From NCBI RefSeq assembly GCF_963921235.1, contig NC_086097.1, positions 29,452,001 through 29,516,000 on the forward strand: a stretch of 64,000 bases of DNA, in the 5' to 3' direction. Under the pieces are notes generated by a model. The model saw only the letters and a list, made by a program, of their open reading frames with translations. It did no database searches and was not told where the DNA came from. The position numbers and the translations under genes were made by a program. Each line of letters begins with the position of its first letter. The stretch's first letter is position 1. Positions 24,486 through 38,474 of the stretch are shown in pieces. The DNA is from Mobula hypostoma. Taxonomy: Eukaryota.

Positions 24486-27400
24486 TTTTTTTAATACTCA
24501 TAGACTTAATACTTTTCAAAATATTCAGGAGATCAGGACACATCTGTGACGAAAGAAACAGTCAACATTTCTGAGGTGAGGTCCTGCAGGAGCTAGTTCG
24601 TGTTTTGATCTAATGCCCATCTGTTTATACACCACAAGGCAGAAGATGAGAGGTGGTGACACAAGCAACTGAAACCATAAAGTTCCAAAGCACAAGTCAT
24701 CCTCAGCATGAGCAAACAGGAAGAACTTCAATTTACATAGCAACTTTATGTAACAAAACATCACTTCTTTCTTAAAAGCCACCAAACACAAGGTATTATT
24801 AGGATAGATAACCAAATGTTTGAAGAATGTAATCGATAATAAGAAGCACCTTAAAGGGTTGAGGGCTAAGGGAGAAGATTCCATAGCTAAGAGTGAAGGC
24901 ATCTACAGAGCTGTCAGCTTATAGTATTTAGCTATCATTCAGCCACACACAAATATAGCCAAATGAAACAGCATTCTTCCAGAGCCAAAGGTGTAAAACA
25001 TATTACCAACAGCACACAGTACAGTGCCCAAAGAATAAATAGCACAGGTATAATTTCAGAAAAAAAATCACAAAGAGGAAAAATAATAATAATAATAATA
25101 ATACAGACTGGTGCCAGAACAGGCAACGTACTCAAAGTCAGATTTGAACACACTTTGATACTTCCATAAGAGTAAATTTGCATTGACAGTACCTGCAGCC
25201 TGGGTCTCATGCAAAAGGGTAACTTCAATGTAACCTTGACATGCTTGCTCAATCTTGGTTGAGAAATACTTTTTACTCGCTTTTACAAACATTATGCTAA
25301 CACCAATACACAAAGGGAAGTGTTATTATCTGTAAACCTTTTTAAAAAGAACTTCATCATGGACTGCAGTGTGTATGAATAATGCATCTTCTCCATTCAG
25401 AGAAAACCAGTTCTTCCTATACTTACATCATCTCTACAGAAAATGTAAGTGGCTCTAAATTTATAGTTTGGCCAAAGGTCTTCTACTTTTCCCTATGAAT
25501 TATTCATAGAAGAGTTTTAAAAAGTAGTGACGGAAGATTCAAAACAATAATAATTAATCAACCTACCACACTTAGAGGAAGGTAGGGAAAGGCCACAATT
25601 ACATGCAACTTTGGCAGCACCACGAACACTTATCGTCAGAACAAAAATTGTGAAAAACTGTCTGACATGTAATTTTTGTTCCACCGCCACATTCCTTTCT
25701 GCTTATAATTAAGACTGCCCATTTCAGTCATTTTAACTCGCAGAAAAATAACACAATGCTTCCCGGAAGAGGTGGCAATGAACAAAAATCAATTAAAAGC
25801 ACCACTGTATATCTCAATATGAAAGATAACGTCTAGCCAGACAAGCCACGTCACATACTTTGTCAAGTTCAGAGAGAGAACAGTTAGCATAACCCATATT
25901 AGCATGTAAATGGCGCGCAGCACCTACTGGAACAAAGCAGTTCGCTTGTACACGGCCATCTCTCACATTGTGAAGGCCAAAGGCAGCTGCAGCTTCCTGT
26001 GTTGATGCCAAACAATGGAGCACAGTGAATGGTTACTGCAGCAATGAACGTGACCTTTACAATTTTGTTGTAGATTCCGGCACCGACAGTCAAGCAGCGA
26101 AGGGCAAAAAAAATTATCTATGAAAGGAATTCGTTGTAGGATCAAACTACTCACCACAGATAATGTGGATGCAGTGAACGTGCTTCACCCCTGGAGTTTA
26201 GGAATCCAAGGTAAAAAAATTAATGCCGACATCATAATTTGCGCGTCTGCCTTAGCTACCTCTGCCCCCTGTTTTAAGGCTGTCAAGAATCTGGATTAAA
26301 ATCTCAAACGTAAACTTGCATAAAACAAGAGCACGAATCTGAAGGCTGTAAGCAGAAGAAAATTAGAACAATAAAGTGGGTGAAAATAAAAGCTACAGAA
26401 GACAGCTGCTCTCTCTAAAGAAACAAATATGGCGGTAGACTACCCCCCCCCACCCCCTCCACCCATCAGTGACTTTGACAGTGCTCAACAAATTCCCACC
26501 TTACAATTCAAAGCATACTCTTCTCAGAAATGAGCCACTAATTAGCTGCAAGCTTCTGCAATCGTGAGCCACAATAACTCCTTTGATATCTTTAGACAGT
26601 AACGCAGAATCATGCAGAACATTCACACAAGCAGCGAGTCCTCAAGGGTAGCTGCATCAACGCAACAGTCACAGTACTTGAAACATATCAACATCCTGCT
26701 GCTTAATTAAAAGGCATGCCACTAATCGCCCACATGAAAAATATCTGAGAATTAATTGCATCAGATGAAATAGTAGAGGTAGCTCAGTAGTAGTAGAAAA
26801 GCTGTAGAATACACACTCATTCACCTATTCCCAGCATTTCAAGAATTACAAATGGCGTCCAATCTCAGTTACAGTTGAAATATAGGGAATTGTTTAAAGC
26901 ATGTGGGCACAACCTCTGAACCCTCAGGGTGAAATTCATCCTTCCTGCAATAAAGAACAGAACACTGCACTTAGCATAAACCCTCCATTAGATCAAGCAA
27001 TAACTGACTTAATTGGATTGTAGCGTGTTGTAATCTTAATATAGCTCCTCTAGTGTAAGACTAGAAACGACATATTTCACTTTTGGAACATACTAGATCC
27101 TGGTCTATTATTGGAAGCTAAATCTAGAATCTATTCAAGGAACAACCTATATAGTAAAGATCACAAATAAAAAAAGCACACAAGGATTCCAAGTTATGAA
27201 ATTCATTTTTAACTAGAGCAGTCACAACTGAGTATGGTAATAGAATTCATCACAAAGTCACCACTATCACAGGAAACTGTTGTCCCAGGCAATACATCTT
27301 TACAGTAAAATTTCAGAACAGGATGTTGGGGAACAAAGTGAAAAGAGTTTTCATCAAGCTCCTTCTCAACTTCTCCAACCCCCATTCTACTAAACTAAAA

Positions 27401-27565
27401 CAAGGGCATTTATTTTAATCTACACTGATTATTTTGGAAAAAAGATTCAGTTTTACTTTGGAAATCCACAATGGCAGAAGAAACCTACAAGGACGAAATC
27501 CAGACAAAACAAAATACAAACAGCCTCAGTGTTAAGTGACCCCACATTAGGGACCATTTGCTTGA

Positions 27566-28800
27566 CAACACACACAATGCTGGAGGAACTCAGCAGGCCA
27601 ACATCTATGGAAAAGAACATAGTCGACGTTTCAGGCTGAGACCTGACTGGAGATGAAAAGGTGAGGAGTCAAAAAGAAGCTGAGGGGAGGAAGAAACTCA
27701 AGATGAAAGATGATGCAGGGTTGGAGAGGAGCACCAGAGGGAGGTGATGATGTAAGGAAATAAGGTGAAAGATAGGAACTGGGAATGGTGCAGTGGGGAC
27801 GGGGGTGGCACATTACCAGATGTTCAAGATATCGATGTTCATGCCATCAGGGTAGAGGCTACCCAGATGGAATACAAGGTGTTGCTTGTCCAACCTGAGT
27901 CCGGCCTCATCGCGACAGTAGAGGCAGCCATGGCCTGACATGTCAGAATAGGAATGGGAAGTGGAATTAAAATGGATGGCCACTGGGAGATTCCGCCTTT
28001 TCTGATGGATGGAGCGTAGGTGCTTGGCAAAGCAGTCTTGCGATCTACATCAGGTACCAACAATATATAGGAGGCCACATAGGGAGCATCGGATACAGTA
28101 GTCCTCACTTGGAAGGACTTTTTGGGGCCCTCAATGGTAGTGAGGAAGGTGGTGTAGGGGCAAGTGTAGCACTTGTTCTGCTTGCAAGGATGAGTGCCAG
28201 GAAGGAGATCAGTGAGGAGGGACAAATGGAAAAGGGAGTCACATAGGGAGCAATCCCTGCAGAAAGCACAAAGTTGGGGAGGGGCGTGGAGGAGAAGAGA
28301 GGGAAAAGTCTGCTTGGTGATGGGATACTGTTGGAGGTGGCAGAAGTTACAGAGCATTATGTGCTGGACACAGAGGTTGTGTGGTGGGACAAGAGGAACC
28401 TGCCCCTGGTAAGGTAGCAGGAGGATGGGGGTAAGGCCAGACATGCATGATATGGAAGAGACGCAATTGAGGACAGTGCTGATGGCGGTGGAAGGGAAGC
28501 CCCTTTCTTTGAAGGAACACATCTCCTTCGTTCTGGAATGAAAAGCCTCACTGACAGAAGGTGCAATACAGAGGAATTCAGTGAAGGGGACGACATTTTT
28601 ACAAGTAACAGGGCGGGAAGAGTCCAGGTAGCTGTGAGAGTCAGTGGGTTGATAATTGACATCAGTAGATAAGCTGTCTCCAGAGACAGAGAGTGCGAGA
28701 AAGGGGAGAAAGGTGTCAGAAATAGACCAGGTAAATTTGATGGCAGGTTGGAAGCTGGAGACGAAGTTGATGAAGTCGATGGGTGCAGGAAGCAGCACCA
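27566..28800 (-). mobile_element. Decayed Penelope-like element 3' half (RT end, CxxxxCxxC, GIY-YIG), ribozyme core partly deleted
   Basis: KFTWSISDT..PFL, PCKQNKCYTC; homologous to 55127-56170. Confidence 0.85.
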
Positions 28801-29769
28801 ATTCTTAAGTACACCACAGTGACCAAACTTGAAGTAACGAGGATGTTAATTTCCTTACATATACATTGCTTGGAGAAGGGGAGGAATATGAGTTAGTTTT
28901 GCTCCTGAATGATGAAAAACCTGATAGTCAACTTAGCTGGAGCAGTCACAACAAACCATCTATTGCTGTTTCATTAAGGAATGGAAAACAAAAATCAGAC
29001 CCTTATCAAAAGTCTACTTTTAGTTATTCCTACTAAGTATTTGACAGCATTCCCAGAAAGAATTTATTTAAACACCAGAGCATAACATTATTTCAATTAT
29101 CTGTAGCGCTCTGCATTACCATTACAAAAGATGGATAATGAAATTTTTTACACCAGTCAAAGCATCACTTCCATAGCATTTCAGTATTTGAGAATTACCA
29201 GATATTATCTACTAAAAAAGTTACTTCCATGGTGCCAGTTCTCTCTTCAGGAATCATTTATTATTTTAACTACATAGTATTTGGAACATTTGCAATATTG
29301 TATTATTGTAATATTTGAAGTCTTGTTAAATGATAAAAGCTTTCAAAAATCCCAAAATAAAAATGATCATCAGCCACAAAAAGTTTCTGAGAGGAGGATT
29401 AGAGTGCACAACACTATTCTGGGTTTTAAACAGCAGAAAAACAGAAATTAAACCAATGAAGAATATGCAATTCAACTCTGCCATTACTTCACACAATAAA
29501 ATGATTATACACATGCTTTAAAAAAGGTTTGGTACAAATGACATTTTATTCTCAGAAATAATTGACTCAGTGGTTATACTCAAAAGTCAAAGAATTGACA
29601 AATTTGTGTCAAGAATCTCACACAGAGTAATATTTCTTTCCTCAGCCAGGAGACCTGATCAACAGGTGCAACAGAAAATTTTAAATAAAGAATCATTTAT
29701 TGTTGTCCCTTTATTAATATTTCTGGTTAATAATAAATAAACATTAGGTTGCAATTATGAAGTCAAATA

Positions 29770-30485
29770 CAGCGGATTCTGATCAATTGGGTCATCGGTT
29801 AATCAGGGTAGCCACAATCTAGAAAACTGCTGGCATTCCCTTCACTTATTTGGGACACTATGCCGCTTAATTGGGACGGGAGACTGTTGCTGAACAGGTT
29901 CTCAGCTGTGTGGCCACTAGACGCTATACCGTGCTCAGAGTGATCAGTTTTTAAATAGAATCAGTTGCATGTATGTGTTCAAAAGAGTGATTTTTGTTAC
30001 TGATAGTTAGCGAGGAATAAGCAACAAGACAATTCAGAACTGCTTTGTTCACTGCGAATTGATGCATTCAGGCTCGGAGATGTCAGAAGCAGCCGGGAGT
30101 GGAAGTGAAATACGCAAGTTAGGAAATATGAAGAACTTGAAGATACTGATAATCATTTTGAATATTGCAAAAAGTGAAGATTTGGAGGATACAAGCATCA
30201 AAAACATTGTTTGAAGGCAGTCCATTATCTGCACTAGATGTATCTGCTCATTTTGTTCATTGCATACACTGGATGAATTCCTCCATCAGAAACTATTAGG
30301 AACTAATATAGTTTTATCATACTATAGTAGTATTGCTAGTGGTCTAATTTGTTCTGTATTTCAGTTAAGTACATAATTTGTTACTCAGTGAATTCTTTAT
30401 ATACCTTTTTAACTATATCCATGAAATTTCATGGGGCAGCCGCTTAATTAGGTCCCAATGTATCCTAAGTAGTCAGGTACCACTG
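29770..30485. mobile_element. Decayed Tigger-like MITE (related interrupted copy ~32090-33110)
   Basis: TA-CAG(C/T)GG...CCACTG-TA ends; internal sequence shared with 32090-32380 and 32860-33110. Confidence 0.6.
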
Positions 30486-31289
30486 TACATACATCCAGTG
30501 TAGTCTGACATATTACAGGCATTGCTGCCGGTTTTACAGCAACAGCTGGTAAAAATAAATAAATAAATAAATCAAGCCCCAGAAATCATTTAAGGTCTCT
30601 TAGACGGTTGATATGAATTTTGGGCGTCAAAATCCACCAAGTCCTATTAGCAGGTAACATTACAAAAAGACAATTAATAGTGTATGATAGAGCTTTTTCA
30701 CTTGTGCCTCTTTTCTAGGAATAAAAAGCTCAGATCATCTCTTAAATTGTTACATTTTCAAGTGTGACGCTTTTAACAAAATAGGTGTTAACTGACTGCA
30801 ATAGGGATAACCACTAAGCTCCTTCCCAACCAAGAAGAACCCTCATATGCAATGTCTTGTAAAACAAATTCTGGTTATTTTTTCCTCCTAAACCATCAAT
30901 GGACAGCACAATAACCAGTAAACAGACATTTTCTAAGATTGTGTGCACAATATTGGGAGTAGCAGCAAAAGCCAGATATTGGAATCTGAAATAAAGACAA
31001 ATGCTGGAAGAACTGAATCGTCAAGCAACATCTGTAAAAAGAGAACAGTTAACATTTCTGGACAGTGACCTTTCCTCAAAACTGGATATATACCAAGTGG
31101 TTAACGATGAAAAACGTAGAATAGGACAGACAATACCTGAAACGCTCCGCTGATCAGGCAACATCTGTAGAATGCAAAAGCTAAGTAATATTTATGGTCA
31201 AAATGCTTTCATTGAACTCTTTGAAGATATAATGCTAAGGTAGCAATTTGGTCTACAAGTAAAATGCAGAGGAACTTTCAATAAATATA

Positions 31290-31609
31290 ACACAAGGAAT
31301 TCTGCAGAAGCTGGAAGTTCAAGCAACACACATCAAAGTTGCTGGTGAACTCAGCAGGCCAGGCAGCATCTCTAGGAAGAGGTACAGTTGACGTTTTGGG
31401 CCAAGACCCTTCGTCAGGACTAACTGAAGGAAGAGCTAGTAAGAGATTTTAAAGTGGGAGGGGGAGATCCAAAATGATAGAAGACAGGAGGGGGAGGGAT
31501 AGAGCCAAGAGCTGGACAGGTGATTGGCAAAGGGGATACGAGAGGATCATGGGACAGGAGGCCCAGGGAGAAGGAAAAGGGGGAAGGGGGGAAATACCCA
31601 GAGGATGGG
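31290..31609 (-). mobile_element. PLE 3'-terminal fragment with mutated hammerhead (GAAA>AAAA)
   Basis: Close match to 54320-54645; flanked by tttcaataaatata / tttcaattaatata. Confidence 0.9.
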
Positions 31610-34002
31610 TTTCAATTAATATAGACAGGTTAAGTGATTGGGGAAAGAGCATGTCAGATTGCGTAAAAGAATGAGCACATCTTCTACTCTAGTAGAGATA
31701 AAAGCAGATAAGCAGAGAATTTTATATACACTTGCTGAAATATTGAAAGGTATACTTGTTCAGAGCTACTCGATTCATGTCTTCACATGAATCAAAGTCC
31801 ACATGTTGGTAAAGCAAGCAATTATGAAGGCAAAGCACATGCTGTCTACAAATCCTCTTACAGTAAAGGTCAAGAGTGACGATATCTTTTTCTGACCACA
31901 TAGGGCCCCAGTAAGATGCCATCTACAACAGAACATGTCTGTGCTCAAGGAAAGATATACTTTCAATTGTGTGTAGCAAAGGTTTACCATGATGATTCCT
32001 GGTATGATAAATCTTATGAATGAAGAAAAATTAATTAAGAAAATAGCCAAGACTCCTTTCATTTGAGAAACTATAATTGCTGAAGTTTCTAACAATTGCC
32101 AGTCGTGTGAATGTGTGTGGCATTAGACACTACACTGTGCTTAGAGCAAACAGCTTTTACATGTTACATGTGTTTGCATTCAAAAAGCAGCAATTTTTGT
32201 CACAAACAGTTGGCAAAAACTACGAAGAATTTAAAGGTATCGATAACTATCTTGAGTTTCAGAATGAAAAATAAGATTTGGAGGACATAATTGTTGAAAG
32301 TACTGTATGAAGTAGTCCATCTGAACTAAGTTTTTGTGCTAATTTTGTTCATTTAGTCAATCAAAAGAACAACAGTGTGTTGGTTGTCCATTGTATCTGA
32401 CAATGACAGTGAAACCTGTGTGAGTGAGTTTTTAAAGTGGGAAAGAGTAGAATTTGCAACAATTCCACTGTCTTGACCTTGGAAGTTCAGGTCTAATGGT
32501 ACGAGTAGTCATCACAGTCTGGGATCTTTCTTGGTTACAGCGGATAACCATGAACTCTGTACCTTCTCATGCTCCACAAAGTGGTAAAGACCTATCTACT
32601 GGGTGCTGCATCTCGTCTACCCAGTGCACCAGAGCTGACTTCACATGCTAAGCATGTTCCTAATTCACCGGGATATGAGGCCTGCAAGCTCCCCTCACCC
32701 AGTTTAGCCTGACTGTTGAAGCAGTGTACTGCTGTGCAGCCGCTGATGCATGCAAACAGCTACTTGGAACTACAGGTGAGAGATGAGTGTCTGGTCTTGA
32801 CCAAAAGTGAGCTACCCCAGAATGGACACAAGCCCCTTCACCCCAAGTGCTACTCCTCTCTATATAATGAATTCCTCTGTCAATAACCATTAGAAACTAA
32901 CATAGTTTCATAGTACTGTAGTAGCATTGGTAGTTTTCTAACTTGTTATGTATCTTATTCAAATACATAATTTGTTACTCAGTTAAACTATAGTTTGTCT
33001 TTTCTATATCTTTTTAACTATTTCCATGAAACTTTGGTTAATTGGGACAGCCATTTAATTGGGTCAAAATATACTGGTCACAAAGTGTCCCAATTAACCA
33101 GAATCCATTGTACTGTTAATTTTCGTGCTTCCTCAAAACTAATCTACAACACGAAAAAAAAAGCAATACCAAACAGTGAATCACTTAAGTAATGTTATAT
33201 CTTGAGACCTCAGGTGCTATCTGTGTGAAGTTTACCCTTTCTCCGCTAACCGTGGTGGTTTCTTCTGGGTGCTCTCAAATCCCAAGGATGTGGGCTGGTA
33301 GATTAATTGGCCACTGTAAATTGCCCTAGTGCGTAGGCAAGGGGTTAAATCTGGAGGAACATTGAGAAGAATTTTGGGTGAATAAAAATGGGTGTAATAC
33401 AGGATTACTGTCAAGATTCAAGATTGTTTCCTGCACACAAGCAAAAAGGAGAACAAAATAATTGTCACTCCATATCAGATGCAGCACAAAAAAAACAAAA
33501 CAATAAAAAATGTACAAATACACGATAGATCGATTGTATGTTCATAAAGTGACACCTGGCAGTACTCTCAATGTGTGGGTGGTGGTCAGTACAATGGCCC
33601 AAATGGCCTCCTTCCATTCGGTACTCTCTAAAACAATGATTTTATATAACAGAAGATTATAATTCCAGATTTCCATTTGAAAGCCAAAAGTCAACATCCC
33701 CTTTCACACAAGTAACACATCTAAAACTTGGTTTTAATGACCAGTCTCACCCCAAATACCTACAGTACTTTTCCTACATTTATTGATTTATCCAATCCTA
33801 CTAAGCTCTGGTTAATACTGCCGGCCACAATGAAAACAGAAACAAAAGGAAGAGCAACCAGAGTGCAGACTGAAGGTTATCAAGTGTCAAATTTAGTGGC
33901 AATTTCTTCACCAATGTCAAAATGCCTGCTGCTACCTGTCAAAGCTAGAGCATGAATGCCATTTGGGTGATGGTTTAGCCACCGGCACAAGATAAATATT
34001 AA

Positions 34003-34272
34003 TTATATTTGTCACATGTACCTTGAAACAAACAGTGAAATTCACTGTTTGTGTCAAATCAAATCAGTGAGGATTGTGCTGGGCATCCCACAAGTATCAC
34101 CACCAACATAGCATTCCCAGAACTTACTAACCCTCAACCGTATGTCTTTGGAATGTGGGAAGAAACCCATGCGGTCACACGGTGAACGTACAAACTCTTT
34201 ACAGGGAGCAGCAGGAGTTGAACCCCGATTGATCTCTGGTGCTGTAAAGCACTGCGCTAACTGGGACACCAC
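34003..34272 (-). mobile_element. V-SINE (HE1-like)
   Basis: Minus strand tRNA-like head ggggttcaactcc then gagtttgtacgttcaccgtgtgaccgcatgggtttcttcccacattccaaagac. Confidence 0.7.
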
Positions 34273-35085
34273 TCTACTGCCCCTCTCCGAACACTTTAAG
34301 ATGAAGAAAAATTGAAATAGGGAGAAAATAATGAGGCATTTAGTGACGGCATAATATCCCTTGTTTAAAAAAAAAACACACCCAGGAAATACGACATCTG
34401 TTGTACTACAGAAATGAAATTTTATTCACCTCCTCATTGAAGGTTGAATTTATAAGTCACATAGTACTTTATCACTATCATGTTATCCGCACAGTCCACT
34501 TGTTTGGACATAGTTACCATACTGGTGGCAGCTATAACAGGTTTTTTAGATAAATACTGGTTTATGTGCCATATTAGAATTAAATAAATCTATGTCATAT
34601 TTGTAAACTTCTGAACACTTACAAATACAAAGCAATCTGCTAACAAGAACTATATTTGCTTTGACAATACTGTGCATTAAATGATCCACAAAATCCTGGA
34701 CATCAATATGTCAACACCATTGACATCACATTCCCCTCTAACATGCTGGCGAGACAGAATCCTCAGGGGAGGGAGCAAATGCATAATTCATCCTACTCCC
34801 TTATGGTACTTTCAGTACGGATAATGACCATGTTTAAAAGAACACAGAAGTTATAAGGATCAAGCCTAACCCTTACCAATTTAGATTTTGAAAACAGTTC
34901 ATATATATACTGTACATTCAACTTACCTTTGTAAAGCACAACTTTCAAAACCCAGAACAAAAGATATGGCCTAAGTTCAATACAAATAAGGCTTACTCGC
35001 GTTCGATACATTTCACAGATGTGCTAGGGTTATTCTGTAACATGCAAGTAGAATACAAGTAACACCAGCCTGAAAACTTCAAATA

Positions 35086-36702
35086 CAGTGGCATGCAAAA
35101 GTTTGGGCACCCCGGTCAAAATTTCTGTTACTGTGAATAGTTCAGTAGAAGATGAACTGATCTCCAAAAGTCATAAAGTTAAAGATGAAACATTCTTTTC
35201 AATATTTTAAGCAAGGTTAGTGTATTATTTTTGTTTTGTATAATTTTAGAGTGGGAAAAAAAGGAAAGGAACACCATGCAAAAGTTTAGGCACCCCAAGA
35301 GATTTGAGCTCTCAGATAACTTTTACCAAGGTCTCAGACCTTAATTAGCTTGTTAGGGCTATGGCTTGTTCACTCATTGTTAGGAAAGGCCAGGTGATGC
35401 AAATTTCAAAGCTTTATAAATACCGACTCCTCAAACCTTGTCCCAACAATCAGCAGCCATGGGCTCCTCTAAGCAGCTGCCTAGCATGCTGAAAATTAAA
35501 ATAAATGATGCTCACAAAGCAGGAGAAGGCTATAAGAAGATAGCAAAGCGTTTTCAGGTAGCTGTTTCCTCAGTTCGTAATGCAATTAAGAAATGGCAGT
35601 TAACAGGAAAGATGGAGGTTAAGTTGAGGTCTGAAAGACCAAGAAAACTTTCCGAGAGAACTGCTCATAGGATTGCTGGAAAGGCAAATCAAAACCACTG
35701 TTTGACTGCAAAAGACCTTCAGGAAGGTTTAGCAGACTCTGGAGTGGTGGTACACTGTTCTACTGTGCAGCAACACCTGCACAAATATGACCTTCATGGA
35801 AGAGTCATCAGAAGAAAACCTTTCCTGCATCCCCACCACAAAATTCAGCGTCAGAAATTTGAAAAGAAACATCTAAACAAGCCTGATGCATTTTGGAAAC
35901 AAGTCCTGTGGACTGAAGTTAAAATAGAACTTTCTGGCTGCAATGAGCAAAGGTATGTTTGGAGAAAAAAGGGTGCAGAATTTCATGAAAAGAACGCCTC
36001 TCCAACTGTTAAGCACGGGGGTGGATCGATCATGCTTTGGGCTTGTGTTGCAGCCAGTGGCACAGGGAACATTTCACTGATAGAGGGAAGAATGAATTCA
36101 ATTGATTACCAGCAATTTCTGGAAGCAAACATCACACCGTCTGCAAAAAAAGCTGAAGATGAAAAGAGGATGGCTTCTACAACAGGATAATGATCCTAAA
36201 CACACTTCAAAATCCACAATGGACTACCTCAAAAGGCGCAAGCTGAAGGTTTTGCCATGGCCCTCACAGTCCCCCGAACTAAACATCACTGAAAATCTGT
36301 GGATAGACCTCAAAAGAGCAGTGCATGCAAGACGACCCAAGAATCTCACAGAACTAGAAGCCTTTTGCAAGGAAGAATAGGCAAAAAAAAAACCCCAAAC
36401 AAGAATTGAAAAACTCTTAGCTGGCTACAGAAAGCATTTACAAGCTGTGATACTTGCCAAAGGGGGTGTTACTAAGTACTGACCATGCAGGGTGCCCAAA
36501 CTTTTGCTTTGGGCCCTTCTCCTTTTTTGTTATTTTGGAACTGTAAAAGATGGAAATAAAAAAGTAATCTTACTTAAAATATTAAAGAAATGTGTCATCT
36601 TTAACTTTATGCCTTTTGGAAATCAGGTCATCTTTTACTCGCTTAGCTATTCACAGTAACAGAAATTTTGACCAGGGGTGCCCAAACTTTTGCATGCCAC
36701 TG
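35086..36702 (+). mobile_element. Full-length IR/DR Tc1 transposon (1617 bp), inactive
   Basis: TA|CAGTGGCATGCAAAAGTTTGGGCACCC ... GGGTGCCCAAACTTTTGCATGCCACTG|TA; inner DRs ~35276-35296 and ~36490-36507. Confidence 0.96.
35459..36482 (+). pseudogene. Tc1 DD34E transposase pseudogene
   Basis: MGSSKQL start; VLWT-E lacks first Asp; frameshift in A-run ~36145-36151; QQDNDPKH...34 residues...E; premature TAG 36378-36380; ends GGVTKY*. Confidence 0.92.
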
Positions 36703-37470
36703 TAACTTCACAGCAATGGTGCGTGTGATGTTCCCTGTCTGGTAGCAGAGTGGAACAACTCAGTCAATGGTCATATTAGTCAACTGGTAGAGTTAGGTAT
36801 ACTAATGGAACGCAGGGAGCAGACTCAACCGTGAGGGTTAGGTACACTAATGGAGCCCAGGGAGAAGATACAGGAAATTAAGATGTCAAGACCAAAGGTC
36901 ACTTAAACTGTCCTCAAATAATTGATAATGGTTATCTAAATGGAACAGAATCAGAAACCAGCTTCAAGGTTTATTTCAATCTGAGCAAAAAGACATGCAA
37001 GTAGCTATTCAGAAAGACCAAGTGATTAAATCCAAACTTCATTCAGTTGTCAGCATTACAGCTCAATTTGATTTGCCCATTAGTTTTGCTTTCATTAACA
37101 TCAACATTGCTGCTTCAAGTAACAAAAGGACCTCTCTTCAAACTGAATGACTCTTCCTCTCAACATTCGGCAAACCTCTCCTATTCACACACACTTCGTA
37201 TTTCTTTTACTAAAAAGCTGCCTTTTAGAAAAAAAAATCAGAGGTCCGCAAAAAAATGTTGGGAAGAATGAGTATTTCTCTGCAATACAATAACATACTT
37301 CTTTACAGTTACAGTGCAATAACAAATCTACACAATAGTAATGTGAATTACTTACATATTTTGACTCATTGATGCTTATCCTACTTACTGTAGATACCCG
37401 CCAGATCAACCATCACTGGTTTGTAGATTCAGAACTAGCAGCACCAACCTAACCAATTATCCCCACAACA

Positions 37471-37843
37471 CTCACAACGTGCCGGAGGAACTCAGCAGGT
37501 CGGGTAGCATCCGTGGAAAAGATAGGTCGACGTTTCGGGCCGGAACCCTTCGTCAGGACTGTAGGGGGAAGGGGCAGAGGCCCTATAAAGAAGGTGGGGG
37601 GAGGGTGGGAAGGGGAAGGCTGGTAGGTTCCAGGTGAAAAACCAGTAGGGGGAAAGATAAAGGGGTGGGGGAGGGGAAGCAGGGAGGTGATAGGCAGGAA
37701 AGGTGAAGAAGGAATAGGGGAAAACACAATGGGTAGTAGAAGGAGGCGGAACCAAGAGGGAGGTGGTAGGTAGCTGGGGGAGGGGGCAGAGTGACATAGG
37801 GATAGGGGAAGGGAGGGGGAGGGAATTACCGTAAGTTGGAGAA
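37471..37843 (-). mobile_element. PLE 3' fragment (second subfamily) with intact hammerhead core at 37525-37560
   Basis: Minus strand AGTC CTGACGA AGGG TTCCGG CCC GAAACGTC GAC; right end matches the GIY-YIG ORF terminus. Confidence 0.85.
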
Positions 37844-38474
37844 CAGTTATCCCTGCAACAGACTCTGCATCACAGATATAGATCAACATGGAAATGCCTA
37901 ATATCACATCACACCAAGATTGCAAATATAACACAAAGATGTTTCTGGTTATAGAAAGCCACTGATCCTGAAAATGAAACCTGTTAATAAAGCCAAAACT
38001 GGACTCAGTCAATCTTAGTTGCAGATATGAAGCACGATAAATAACTGTAAAACAGAAGCTGTGACAAAACAGTATCTTTCATACCTCTGGGTCCCACTAA
38101 ACCTCCGAGCTTACTGAAAGTGGACAATGTCCGATGAAATCAAAACAATCATCACCCATGATACCCTATCCTTTTGTACATTGGTTGTTTGCCAGTCTTC
38201 GTGCAGTTTTTCACAGATTCTAATGTATTTCCCTGTTCTACTGTGAATGTCCACAAGGAAATGAATCCCTGATAGTATATGGTGACATACTTTTCTGGGA
38301 GAATAAAGAGTGAGGCAGTAGATCAATGATGGCAGCTACTCAAGAAAACATTTCAAATATCAGCTAAGTTATTCCAGCTATACACTACTTGGAAAGGTGT
38401 GGTGAAAACTCTGTAAGCATACAGTGATGCAAAGAGAATAAAGTAAGCCTGACAATTGCAAATTGTTTTATATT

